Assembly: GCA_002189035.1 (NCBI GenBank)
Contig: NEEC01000349.1
Coordinates: 1-31,951 of the forward strand
Source of the DNA: Utricularia gibba
Lineage: Eukaryota > Plantae > Magnoliophyta
Direction of reading: 5' to 3'
Length of the DNA stretch: 31,951 bases
Part shown: piece by piece, positions 12,161 to 26,400 of the stretch
Layout: every line of letters starts with the position of its first letter
Numbering within the stretch: position 1 is the stretch's first letter
Translations under genes and position numbers: made by a program
Notes under the pieces: model-generated
The model's database searches: none
Told to the model about the DNA's origin: nothing
The model's input: the letters and a program-made list of their open reading frames with translations, nothing else

Positions 12161-15100
12161 AAGTATAAAGTAAGTTGTTAAAAAAATCATGTGGGGTGCA
12201 CGTGACATCATAATTTAAACAAATGCATCATTTTTTTAATCGATTTGCATCCAGTTGACCTCATGAGCCATACAGAATCGGGTCAAGGACCAAGTTCCAG
12301 CGAGACTGGCCGCCACAAAACGAGAAGCGGTTCCTTGAAAAACCATGTAGGCAGCCCCGAAAACCGAACGTTAATAAATACATCACTTTATTGCCGGCTA
12401 CAACTACTTTCGGCCAAGCCTAAACCTTTTGTCCGTTCCACCCAAGACCGCCTCCTCAAGTATAAAGTAAGAGTTTGAAAAAATCATGTGGGTGCACGTG
12501 ATATCGTAATTTAAACAAATGCATCATTTTTTTTAATCGATTTGCATCCAGTTGACCTCATGAGCAATACAGAATCGGGGTCAAGGACCAAGTTCCCAGC
12601 GAGACTGGCCGCCACAAAACGAGAAGCGTTCCTTGAAAAACCATGTAGGCAGCCCCCGAAAACAAAACGATAATAAATACATCACTTTATTTGCCGGACT
12701 ACAACTAACTCTCGGTGCAAGCCAAACTTACCTTTGTCCCGTTCCAGGTGCACCCAAAGACCGCCTGCTCAAGTATAAAGTAAGTTGTTGAAAAAATCAT
12801 GTGGGGTGCACGTGATATCGCAATTTAAACAAATGCATCATTTATTCATCGATTTGCATCCTTTTGACCTCATGAGCCATAAAGAATCGCGGGCCAGGAC
12901 CAAGTTCCAGCGAGACTGGCCGCCACAAAACGAGAAGCTGTTCCTTGAAAAACCATGTAGGCAGCCCCCGAAAACCGAACGATAATAAATACATCACTTT
13001 ATTTGCCGGACTACAACTTACTTGGCAAGCCTAAGCTTACCTTTTCCGTTCCAGGTGCACCCAAGACCGCCTCTCAAGTATAAAGTAAGTTGTTGAAAAA
13101 ATCATGTGGGGTGCACGTGACATCATAATTTAAACAAATGCATCATTTTTTTTATCGATTTGCATCCAGTTGACCTCATGAGCCATACAGAATCGGGGTC
13201 AAGGACCAAGTTCCCAGCGAGACTGGCCGCCACAAAACGAGAAGCGGTTCCTTGAAAAACCATGTAGGCAGCCCCCGAAAACCGAACGATAATAAATACA
13301 TCACTTTATTTGCCGGACTACAACTAACTCTCGTGCAAGCCAAACTTACCTTTGTCCCGTTCCAGGTGCACCCAAAGACCGCCTGCTCAAGTATAAAGTA
13401 AGTTGTTGAAAAAATCATGTGGGGTGCACGTGACATCGTAATTTAAACAAATGCATCATTTTTTTTAATCGATTTGCATCCAGTTGACCTCATGAGCCAT
13501 AAAGAATCGGGCAAGGACCAAGTTCCTAGCGAGACTGGCCGCCACAAAACGAAAGCTGTTCCTTGAAAAACCATGTAGGCAACCGAAAACCGAACGTTAA
13601 TAAATACATCACTTTCTTTGCCGGGCTACAACTTACTTTGGGCCAAGCCTAAGCTGACCTTTTTCCGGTTCCAAGTGCCCCAAAGACCGCCTCTCAAGTA
13701 TAAAGTAAGTTGTTGAAAAAATCATGTGGGGTGCACGTGACATCATAATTTAAACAAATGCATCATTTTTTTTAATCGATTTGCATCCAGTTGACCTCAT
13801 GAGCCATACAGAATCGGGGTCAAGGACCAAGTTCCCAGCGAGACTGGCCGCCACAAAACGAGAAGCGGTTCCTTGAAAAACCATGTAGGCAGCCCCGAAA
13901 ACCGAACGTTAATAAATACATCACTTTATTTGCCGGGCTACAACTTACTTTCGGCCAAGCCTAAGTTGCCTTTGTCCGTTCCTCTGCCCCCCAAGACCGC
14001 CTCCTCAAGTATAAAGTAAGAGTTTGAAAAAATGTGGGTGCACGTGACATCGTAATTTAAACAAATGCATCATTTTTTTTAATCGATTTGCATCCGGTTG
14101 ACCTCATGAGCAATACAGAATCGGGGTCAAGGACCAAGTTCCCAGCGAGACTGGCCGCCACAAAACGAGAAGCTGTTCCTTGAAAACCATGTAGGCAGCC
14201 CCGAAAACAAAACGATAATAAATACATCACTTTATTTGCCGGACTACAACTAACTCTCGGTGCAAGCCAAACCTTACCTTTGTCCCGTTCCAGGTGCACC
14301 AAAGACCGCCTGCTCAAGTATAAAGTAAGTTGTTGAAAAAATCATGTGGGTGCACGTGATATCGCAATTTAAACAAATGCAACATTGTATTCATCGATTT
14401 GCATCCTTTTGTCCTCATGAGCCATAAAGAATCGCGGGCCCGGACCAAGTTCCTAGCGAGACTGGCCGCCACAAAACGAGAAGCGTTCCTTGAAAAACCA
14501 TGTAGGCAGCCCCCGAAAACCGAACGATAATAAATACATCACTTTATTTGCCGGACTACAACTAACTCTCGATGCAAGCCAAACTTACCTTTCCCGTTCC
14601 AGGTGCACCCAAAGACCGCCTGCTCAAGTATAAAGTAAGTTGTTGAAAAAATCATGTGGGGTGCACGTGACATCATAATTTAAACAAATGCATCATTTTT
14701 TTTAATCGATTTGCATCCAGTTGACCTCATGAGCCATACAGAATCGGGGTCAAGGACCAAGTTCCAGCGAGACTGGCCGCCACAAAACGAGAAGCGGTTC
14801 CTTGAAAAACCATGTAGGCAGCCCCGAAAACCGAACGATAATAAATACATCACTTTATTTGCCGGACTACAACTTACTTTGGGCAAGCCTAAGCTGACTT
14901 TTTCCGGTTCCAAGTGCCCCCCAAGACCGCCTCTCAAGTATAAAGTAAGTTGTTGAAAAAATCATGTGGGGTGCACGTGACATCATAATTTAAAACAAAT
15001 GCATCATTTTTTTTAATCGATTTGCATCCAGTTGACCTCATGAGCCATACAGAATCGGGGTCAAGGACCAAGTTCCCAGCGAGACTGGCCGCCACAAAAC

Positions 15101-17416
15101 GAGAAGCGGTTCCTTGAAAAACCATGTAGGCAGCCCCCGAAAACCGAACGTAATAATACATCATCATTTGCCGGACTACAACTTACTTTGGGCAAGCCAA
15201 GCTGACCTTTTTCCGTTCCAGTGCCCCCAAAGACCGCCTCTCAAGTATAAAGTAAGTTGTTGAAAAAATCATGTGGGGTGCACGTGACATCATAATTTAA
15301 ACAAATGCATCATTTTTTTTAATCGATTTGCATCCAGTTGACCTCATGAGCCATACAGAATCGGGGTCAAGGACCAAGTTCCCAGCGAGACTGGCCGCCA
15401 CAAACGAGAAGCGGTTCCTTGAAAAACCATGTAGGCAGCCCCGAAAACCGAACGATAATAAATACATCACTTTATTTGCCGGACTACAACTAACTTCGGC
15501 AAGCCAAACCTTACCTTTGTCCCGTTCCAGGTGCACCCAAAGACCGCCTGCTCAAGTATAAAGTAAGTTGTTGAAAAAATCATGTGGGTGTGCACGTGAC
15601 ATCATAATTTAAACAAATGCATCATTTTTTTTAATCGATTTGCATCCAGTTGACCTCATGAGCCATACAGAATCGGGGTCAAGGACCAAGTTCCCAGCGA
15701 GACTGGCCGCCACAAAACGAGAAGCGGTTCCTTGAAAAACCATGTAGGCAGCCCCCGAAAACCGAACGATAATAAATACATCACTTTATTTGCCGGACTA
15801 CAACTAACTCTCGGTGCAAGCCAAACCTTACCTTTGTCCCGTTCCAGGTGCACCAAAGACCGCCTCTCAAGTATAAAGTAAGTTGTTGAAAAAATCATGT
15901 GGGGTGCACGTGATATCAATTTAAACAAATGCATCATTTTTCATCGATTTGCATCCTTTTGACCTCATGAGCCATAAAGAATCGGGTCAAGGACCAAGTT
16001 CCAGCGAGACTGGCCGCCACAAAACGAGAAGCTGTTCCTTGAAAAACCATGTAGGCAGCCCCCGAAAACCGAACGATAATAAATACATCACTTTATTTGC
16101 CGGACTACAACTAACTCTCGTGCAAGCCAAACTTACCTTTGTCCCGTTCCAGGTGCACCCAAAGACCGCCTCTCAAGTATAAAGTAAGTTGTTGAAAAAA
16201 TCATGTGGGGTGCACGTGACATCATAATTTAAACAAATGCATCATTTTTTTTAATCGATTTGCATCCAGTTGACCTCATGAGCCATACAGAATCGGGGTC
16301 AAGGACCAAGTTCCCAGCGAGACTGGCCGCCACAAAACGAGAAGCGGTTCCTTGAAAAACCATGTAGGCAGCCCCGAAAACCGAACGATAATAAATACAT
16401 CACTTTTTTTGCCGGACTACAACTAACTCTCGATGCAAGCCAAACCTTACCTTTGTCCCGTTCCAGGTGCACCCAAAGACCGCCTGCTCAAGTATAAAGT
16501 AAGTTGTTGAAAAAATCATGTGGGGTGCACGTGACATCGTAATTTAAACAAATGCATCATTTTTTTTAATCGATTTGCATCCAGTTGACCTCATGAGCCA
16601 TAAAGAATCGGGGCCCCGACCAAGTTCCTAGCGAGACTGGCCGCCACAAAACGAGAAGCTGTTCCTTGAAAAAACCATGTAGGCAACACCGAAAACCGAA
16701 CGTTAATAAATACATCACTTTCTTTGCCGGGCTACAACTACTTTGGGCCAAGCCTAAGCTGACCTTTTCCGGTTCCAGTGCCCCCAAGACCGCCTCCTCA
16801 TGTATAAAGTATTTTGTTAAAAAATCATGTGGGGTGCACGTGACATCATAATTTAAACAAATGCATCATTTTTTTTAATCGATTTGCATCCAGTTGACCT
16901 CATGAGCCATACAGAATCGGGTCAAGGACCAAGTTCCCAGCGAGACTGGCCGCCACAAAACGAGAAGCGGTTCCTTGAAAAACCATGTAGGCAGCCCCCG
17001 AAAACCGAACGATAATAAATACATCACTTTATTTGCCGGGCTACAACTTACTTCGGCCAAGCCTAAGTTGCCTTTTGTCCGTTCCAATCCCCCCAAGACC
17101 GCCTCCTCAAGTATAAAGTAAGTTGTTTGAAAAATCATGTGGGTGCACGTGATATCGTAATTTAAACAAATGCATCATTTTTTTTATTCGATTTGCATCC
17201 AGTTGACCTCATGAGCAATACAGAATCGGGGTCAAGGACCAAGTTCCCAGCGAGACTGGCCGCCACAAAACGAGAAGCGTTCCTTGAAACCATGTAGGCA
17301 GCCCCCGAAAAAAAACGATAATAATACATCACTTTATTTGCCGGACTACAACTAACTCTCGGTGCAAGCCAAACTTACCTTTGTCCCGTTCCAGGTGCAC
17401 CCAAAGACCGCTGCTC
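12161..17416 (+). repeat. About 3.4 consecutive, partly blurred copies of the 5-mer HOR
   Basis: Type-3 right halves occur in monomers starting at 12161, 13696 and 16800. B-like left halves occur at 12771, 14316 and 15869. Type-2 right halves occur at 13389, 14936 and 16490. The period is about 1535-1557 bp. Confidence 0.7.
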
Positions 17417-20400
17417 AAGTATAAAGTAAGTTGTTGAAAAAATCATGTGGGGTGCACGTGACATCAATTTAAACAAATGCATCATTTTTTTTAATCGATT
17501 TGCATCCAGTTGACCTCATGAGCCATACAGAATCGGGGTCAAGGACCAAGTTCCAGCGAGACTGGCCGCCACAAAACGAGAAGCGGTTCCTTGAAAAACC
17601 ATGTAGGCAGCCCCGAAAACCGAACGATAATAAATACATCACTTTATTTGCCGGACTACAACTAACTCTCGATGCAAGCCAAACCTTACCTTTGTCCCGT
17701 TCCAGTGCACCCAAAGACCGCTGCTCAAGTATAAAGTAAGTTGTTGAAAAAATCATGTGGGGTGCACGTGACATCATAATTTAAACAAATGCATCATTTT
17801 TTTTAATCGATTTGCATCCAGTTGACCTCATGAGCCATACAGAATCGGGGTCAAGGACCAAGTTCCCAGCGAGACTGGCCGCCACAAAACGAGAAGCGGT
17901 TCCTTGAAAAACCATGTAGGCAGCCCCGAAAACCGAACGATAATAAATACATCACTTTATTTGCCGGACTACAACTAACTCTCGGTGCAAGCCAAACCTT
18001 ACCTTTGCCCGTTCCAGGTGCACCCAAAGACCGCCTGCTCAAGTATAAAGTAAGTTGTTGAAAAATCATGTGGGGTGCACGTGATATCGCAATTTAAACA
18101 AATGCATCATTGTATTCATCGATTTGCATCCTTTTGTCCTCATGAGCCATAAAGAATCGGGGCCAGGACCAAGTTCCTAGCGAGACTGGCCGCCACAAAA
18201 CGAGAAGCTGTTCCTTGAAAAACCATGTAGGCAGCAAAACCGAACGATAATAAATACATCACTTTATTTGCCGGACTACAACTAACTCTTGCAAGCCAAA
18301 GCTTACTTTTCCGTTCCAGTGCACCCAAAGACCGCCTCTCAAGTATAAAGTAAGTTGTTGAAAAAATCATGTGGGGTGCACGTGACATCATAATTAAACA
18401 AATGCATCATTTTTTTTAATCGATTTGCATCCAGTTGACCTCATGAGCCATACAGAATCGGGGTCAAGGACCAAGTTCCAGCGAGACTGGCCGCCACAAA
18501 ACGAGAAGCGTTCCTTGAAAAACCATGTAGGCAGCCCCCGAAAACCGAACGATAATAAATACATCACTTTTTTTTGCCGGACTACAACTAACTCTCGATG
18601 CAAGCCAAACTTACCTTTGTCCGTTCCAGGTGCACCCAAAGACCGCTGCTCAAGTATAAAGTAAGTTGTTGAAAAAATCATGTGGGGTGCACGTGACATC
18701 GTAATTTAAACAAAATCATTTTTTTTAATCGATTTGCATCCAGTTGACCTCATGAGCCATAAAGAATCGGGGCCCGGACCAAGTTCCTAGCGAGACTGGC
18801 CGCAAAAACGAGAAGCTGTTCCTTGAAAAACCATGTAGGCAACCCCCGAAAACCGAACGTTAATAAATACATCACTTTCTTTGCCGGGCTACAACTTACT
18901 TTGGGCCAAGGCCTAAGCTGACCTTTTTCCGTTCCAAGTGCCCCAAGACCGCCTCCTCATGTATAAAGTATTTTGTTAAAAAAATCATGTGGGGTGCACG
19001 TGACATCATAATTTAAACAAATGCATCATTTTTTTTAATCGATTTGCATCCAGTTGACCTCATGAGCCATACAGAATCGGGGTCAAGGACCAAGTTCCCA
19101 GCGAGACTGGCCGCCACAAAACGAGAAGCGGTTCCTTGAAAAACCATGTAGGCAGCCCCGAAAACCGAACGTTAATAAATACATCACTTTATTGCCGGGC
19201 TACAACTTACTTTCGGCCAAGCCTAAGTTGCCTTTTGTCCGTTCCTCTTCCCCCCAAGACCGCCTCCTCAAGTATAAAGTTGTTGAAAAATCATGTGGGT
19301 GCACGTGATATCGTAATTTAAACAAATGCATCATTTTTTTAATTCGATTTGCATCCAGTTGACCTCATGAGCCATACAGAATCGGGGTCAAGGACCAAGT
19401 TCCCAGCGAGACTGGCCGCCACAAAACGAGAAGCGTTCCTTGAAAAACCATGTAGGCAGCCCCCGAAAACCGAACGATAATAAATACATCACTTTATTTG
19501 CCGGACTACAACTAACTCTCGGTGCAAGCCAAACCTTACCTTTGTCCCGTTCCAGGTGCACCCAAAGACCGCCTGCTCAAGTATAAAGTAAGTTGTTGAA
19601 AAAATCATGTGGGGTGCACGTGACATCATAATTTAAACAAATGCATCATTTTTTTTAATCGATTTGCATCCAGTTGACCTCATGAGCCATACAGAATCGG
19701 GGTCAAGGACCAAGTTCCCAGCGAGACTGGCCGCCACAAAACGAGAAGCGGTTCCTTGAAAAACCATGTAGGCAGCCCCGAAAACCGAACGATAATAAAT
19801 ACATCACTTTATTTGCCGGACTACAACTACTTTGGGCCAAGCCAAGCTGACCTTTTCCGGTTCCAGTGCCCCCAAGACCGCCTCTCAAGTATAAAGTAAG
19901 TTGTTGAAAAAATCATGTGGGGTGCACGTGACATCATAATTTAAACAAATGCATCATTTTTTTTAATCGATTTGCATCCAGTTGACCTCATGAGCCATAC
20001 AGAATCGGGGTCAAGGACCAAGTTCCCAGCGAGACTGGCCGCCACAAAACGAGAAGCGGTTCCTTGAAAAACCATGTAGGCAGCCCCCGAAAACCGAACG
20101 ATAATAAATACATCACTTTATTTGCCGGACTACAACTAACTCTCGTGCAAGCCAAACTTACCTTTGTCCGTTCCAGGTGCACCCAAAGACCGCCTGCTCA
20201 AGTATAAAGTAAGTTGTTGAAAAAATCATGTGGGGTGCACGTGACATCATAATTTAAACAAATGCATCATTTTTTTTAATCGATTTGCATCCAGTTGACC
20301 TCATGAGCCATACAGAATCGGGGTCAAGGACCAAGTTCCCAGCGAGACTGGCCGCCACAAAACGAGAAGCGGTTCCTTGAAAAACCATGTAGGCAGCCCC

Positions 20401-23400
20401 CGAAAACCGAACGATAATAAATACATCACTTTATTTGCCGGACTACAACTCTCGGTGCAAGCCAAACTTACCTTTGTCCCGTTCCAGGTGCACCCAAAGA
20501 CCGCCTGCTCAAGTATAAAGTAAGTTGTTGAAAAAATCATGTGGGGTGCACGTGACATCATAATTTAAACAAATGCATCATTTTTTTTAATCGATTTGCA
20601 TCCAGTTGACCTCATGAGCATACAGAATCGGGGTCAAGGACCAAGTTCCCAGCGAGACTGGCCGCCACAAAACGAGAAGCGGTTCCTTGAAAAACCATGT
20701 AGGCAGCCCCCGAAAACCGAACGATAATAAATACATCACTTTATTTGCCGGACTACAACTAACTCTCGGTGCAAGCCAAACATTACCTTTGTCCCGTTCC
20801 AGGTGCACCCAAAGACCGCCTGCTCAAGTATAAAGTAAGTTGTTGAAAAAAATCATGTGGGGTGCACGTGACATCATAATTTAAACAAATGCATCATTTT
20901 TTTTAATCGATTTGCATCCAGTTGACCTCATGAGCAATACAGAATCGGGGTCAAGGACCAAGTTCCCAGCGAGACTGGCCGCCAAAAACGAGAAGCGGTT
21001 CCTTGAAAAACCATGTAGGCAGCCCCCGAAAACCGAACGATAATAAATACATCACTTTATTTGCCGGACTACAACTACTTCGGCAAGCCAACTTACCTTT
21101 GTCCGGTTCCAGTGCCCCCAAAGACCGCTGCTCAAGTATAAAGTAAGTTGTTAAAAAAATCATGTGGGGTGCACGTGACATCATAATTTAAACAAATGCA
21201 TCATTTTTTTATCGATTTGCATCCAGTTGACCTCATGAGCCATACAGAATCGGGGCAAGGACCAAGTTCCCAGCGAGACTGGCCGCCACAAAACGAGAAG
21301 CTTTCCTTGAAAAACCATGTAGGCAACCCGAAAACCGAACGATAATAAATACATCACTTTTTGCCGGGCTACAACTTACTTTGGGCAAGCCTAAGCTGAC
21401 TTTTTCCGGTTCCAGTGCCCCAAAGACCGCCTCTCAAGTATAAAGTAAGTTGTTGAAAAAATCATGTGGGGTGCACGTGACATCATAATTTAAACAAATG
21501 CATCATTTTTTTTAATCGATTTGCATCCAGTTGACCTCATGAGCCATACAGAATCGGGTCAAGGACCAAGTTCCCAGCGAGACTGGCCGCCACAAAACGA
21601 GAAGCGGTTCCTTGAAAAACCATGTAGGCAGCCCCGAAAACCGAACGATAATAAATACATCACTTTATTTGCCGGACTACAACTTACTTTGGGCAAGCCT
21701 AAGCTGACTTTTTCCGGTTCCAGTGCCCCCAAGACCGCCTCTCAAGTATAAAGTAAGTTGTTAAAAAAATCATGTGGGGTGCACGTGACATCATAATTTA
21801 AACAAATGCATCATTTTTTTAATCGATTTGCATCCAGTTGACCTCATGAGCCATACAGAATCGGGGTCAAGGACCAAGTTCCCAGCGAGACTGGCCGCCA
21901 CAAAACGAGAAGCGGTTCCTTGAAAAACCATGTAGGCAGCCCCCGAAAACCGAACGATAATAAATACATCACTTTATTTGCCGACTACAACTAACTCTCG
22001 GTGCAAGCCAAACTTACCTTTGTCCCGTTCCAGGTGCACCCAAAGACCGCCTGCTCAAGTATAAAGTAAGTTGTTGAAAAAATCATGTGGGGTGCACGTG
22101 ACATCATAATTTAAACAAATGCAATTTTTTTAATCGATTTGCATCCAGTTGACCTCATGAGCCATACAGAATCGGGGTCAAGGACCAAGTTCCCAGCGAG
22201 ACTGGCCGCCACAAAACGAGAAGCGGTTCCTTGAAAAACCATGTAGGCAGCCCCCGAAAACCGAACGATAATAAATACATCACTTTATTTGCCGGACTAC
22301 AACTAACTCTCGGTGCAAGCCAAACTTACCTTTGTCCGTTCCAGGTGCACCCAAAGACCGCCTGCTCAAGTATAAAGTAAGTTGTTGAAAAAATCATGTG
22401 GGGTGCACGTGACATCATAATTTAAACAAATGCATCATTTTTTTTAATCGATTTGCATCCAGTTGACCTCATGAGCCATACAGAATCGGGGTCAAGGACC
22501 AAGTTCCCAGCGAGACTGGCCGCCACAAAACGAGAAGCGGTTCCTTGAAAAATGTAGGCAGCCCCCGAAAACCGAACGATAATAAATACATCACTTTATT
22601 TGCCGGACTACAACTTACTTTGGGCCAAAGCTTTTTTCCGGTTCCAAGTGCCCCAAGACCGCCTCTCAAGTATAAAGTAAGTTGTTGAAAAAATCATGTG
22701 GGGTGCACGTGACATCATAATTTAAACAAATGCATCATTTTTTTAATCGATTTGCATCCAGTTGACCTCATGAGCCATACAGAATCGGGGTCAAGGACCA
22801 AGTTCCCAGCGAGACTGGCCGCCACAAAACGAGAAGCGGTTCCTTGAAAAACCATGTAGGCAGCCCCCGAAAACCGAACGATAATAAATACATCACTTTA
22901 TTTGCCGGACTACAACTAACTTCGGCAAGCCAAACTTACTTTTCCGTTCCAGTGCCCCAAAGACCGCCTCTCAAGTATAAAGTAAGTTGTTGAAAAAATC
23001 ATGTGGGGTGCACGTGACATCATAATTTAAACAATGCATCATTTTTTTTAATCGATTTGCATCCAGTTGACCTCATGAGCCATACAGAATCGGGGTCAAG
23101 GACCAAGTTCCCAGCGAGACTGGCCGCCACAAAACGAGAAGCGGTTCCTTGAAAAACCATGTAGGCAGCCCCCGAAAACCGAACGATAATAAATACATCA
23201 CTTTATTTGCCGACTACAACTAACTCGGTGCAAGCCAAACTTACCTTTGTCCGTTCCAGGTGCACCCAAAGACCGCCTGCTCAAGTATAAAGTAAGTTGT
23301 TGAAAAAATCATGTGGGGTGCACGTGACATCATAATTTAAACAAATGCATCATTTTTTTTAATCGATTTGCATCCAGTTGACCTCATGAGCATACAGAAT

Positions 23401-26400
23401 CGGGGTCAAGGACCAAGTCCAGCGAGACTGGCCGCCACAAAACGAGAAGCGGTTCCTTGAAAAACCATGTAGGCAGCCCCCAAAACCGAACGATAATAAA
23501 TACATCACTTTATTTGCCGGACTACAACTAACTCTCGGTGCAAGCCAAACTTACCTTTGTCCCGTTCCAGTGCACCCAAAGACCGCCTGCTCAAGTATAA
23601 AGTAAGTTGTTAAAAAATCATGTGGGGTGCACGTGATATCGCAATTTAAACAAATGCATCATTGGATTTGCATCCTTTTGTCCTCATGAGCCATAAAGAA
23701 TCGGGGGACCAAGTTCCAGCGAGACTGGCCGCACAAAACGAGAAGCTGTTCCTTGAAAAACCATGTAGGCAACGAAAACCGAACGTTAATAAATACATCA
23801 CTTTCTTTGCCGGGCTACAACTTACTTTGGGCCAAGGCCTAAGCTGATCTTTTTTCCGGTTCCAAGTGCCCAAAGACCGCCTCTCAAGTATAAAGTAAGT
23901 TGTTGAAAAAATCATGTGGGGTGCACGTGACATATAATTTAAACAAATGCATCATTTTTTTTAATCGATTTGCATCCAGTTGACCTCATGAGCCATACAG
24001 AATCGGGTCAAGGACCAAGTTCCCAGCGAGACTGGCCGCCACAAAACGAGAAGCGGTTCCTTGAAAAACCATGTAGGCAGCCCCGAAAACCGAACGATAA
24101 TAAATACATCACTTTATTTGCCGGACTACAACTTACTTTGGGCCAAGCCTAAGCTGACTTTTCCGGTTCCAAGTGCCCCCCCAAGACCGCCTCCTCATGT
24201 ATAAAGTATGTTGTTAAAAAAATCATGTGGGGTGCACGTGACATCATAATTTAAACAAATGCATCATTTTTTTTAATCGATTTGCATCCAGTTGACCTCA
24301 TGAGCCATACAGAATCGGGGTCAAGGACCAAGTTCCCAGCGAGACTGGCCGCCACAAAACGAGAAGCGGTTCCTTGAAAAACCATGTAGGCAGCCCCGAA
24401 AACCGAACGATAATAAATACATCACTTTATTTGCCGGACTACAACTAACTCTCGGTGCAAGCCAAACTTACCTTTGTCCCGTTCCAGGTGCACCCAAAGA
24501 CCGCCTGCTCAAGTATAAAGTAAGTTGTTGAAAAAATCATGTGGGGTGCACGTGACATCATAATTTAAACAAATGCATCATTTTTTTTAATCGATTTGCA
24601 TCCAGTTGACCTCATGAGCCATACAGAATCGGGGTCAAGGACCAAGTTCCCAGCGAGACTGGCCGCCACAAAACGAGAAGCGGTTCCTTGAAAAACCATG
24701 TAGGCAGCCCCCGAAAACCGAACGATAATAAATACATCACTTTATTTGCCGGACTACAACTAACTTCGGGCAAGCCAAACTGACCTTTTTTCCGGTTCCA
24801 GTGCCCCAAAGACCGCCTCTCAAGTATAAAGTAAGTTGTTGAAAAAATCATGTGGGGTGCACGTGACATCGTAATTTAAACAAATGCATCATTTTTTTAA
24901 TCGATTTGCATCCAGTTGACCTCATGAGCCATACAGAATCGGGGTCAAGGACCAAGTTCCCAGCGAGACTGGCCGCCACAAAACGAGAAGCGGTTCCTTG
25001 AAAAACCATGTAGGCAGCCCCCGAAAACCGAACGATAATAAATACATCACTTATTTGCCGGACTACAACTAACTCTCGGTGCAAGCCAAACCTTACTTTG
25101 TCCCGTTCCAGTGCCCCAAAGACCGCCTGCTCAAGTATAAAGTAAGTTGTTGAAAAAATCATGTGGGGTGCACGTGATATCGCAATTTAAACAAATGCAA
25201 CATTTATTCATCGATTTGCATCCAGTTGACCTCATGAGCCATAAAGAATCGGGGTCCGGACCAAGTTCCCAGCGAGACTGGCCGCCACAAAACGAGAAGC
25301 TGTTCCTTGAAAAACCATGTAGGCAACACCCGAAAACCGAACGTTAATAAATACATCACTTTCTTTGCCGGCTACAACTTACTTTGGGCCAAGGCCTAAG
25401 CTGATCTTTTTCCGGTTCCAAGTGCACCCAAAGACCGCCTCTCAAGTATAAAAGTAAGTTGTTGAAAAAATCATGTGGGGTGCACGTGACATCATAATTT
25501 AAACAAATGCATCATTTTTTTTAATCGATTTGCATCCAGTTGACCTCATGAGCCATACAGAATCGGGGTCAAGGACCAAGTTCCCAGCGAGACTGGCCGC
25601 CACAAAAACGAGAAGCGGTTCCTTGAAAAACCATGTAGGCAGCCCCGAAAACCGAACGTAATAAATACATCACTTTATTTGCTACAACTTACTTTGGGCA
25701 AGGCCTAAGCTGATCTTTTTCCGGTTCCAAGTGCCCCAAGACCGCCTCCTCATGTATAAAGTATGTTGTTAAAAAAATCATGTGGGGTGCACGTGACATC
25801 ATAATTTAAACAAATGCATCATTTTTTTAATCGATTTGCATCCAGTTGACCTCATGAGCCATACAGAATCGGGGTCAAGGACCAAGTTCCCAGCGAGAGA
25901 CTGGCCGCCACAAAACGAGAAGCGGTTCCTTGAAAAACCATGTAGGCAGCCCCCGAAACCGAACGTTAATAAATACATCACTTTATTTGCCGGACTACAA
26001 CTTACTTTGGGCCAAGGCCTAAGCTGATCTTTTCCGGTTCCAAGTGCCCCCCAAGACCGCCTCCTCATGTATAAAGTATGTTGTTAAAAAAAATCATGTG
26101 GGGTGCACGTGACATCATAATTTAAACAAATGCATCATTTTTTTTAATCGATTTGCATCCAGTTGACCTCATGAGCCATACAGAATCGGGTCAAGGACCA
26201 AGTTCCCAGCGAGACTGGCCGCCACAAAACGAAGCGGTTCCTTGAAAAACCATGTAGGCAGCCCCGAAAACCGAACGTTAATAAAATACATCACTTTCAT
26301 TGCCGGGCTACAACTTACTTTCGGCCAAGCCTAAGTTGCCTTTTGTCCGGTTCCTCTGCCCCCCAAGACCACCTCCTCAAGTATAAAGTAAGAGTTTGAA

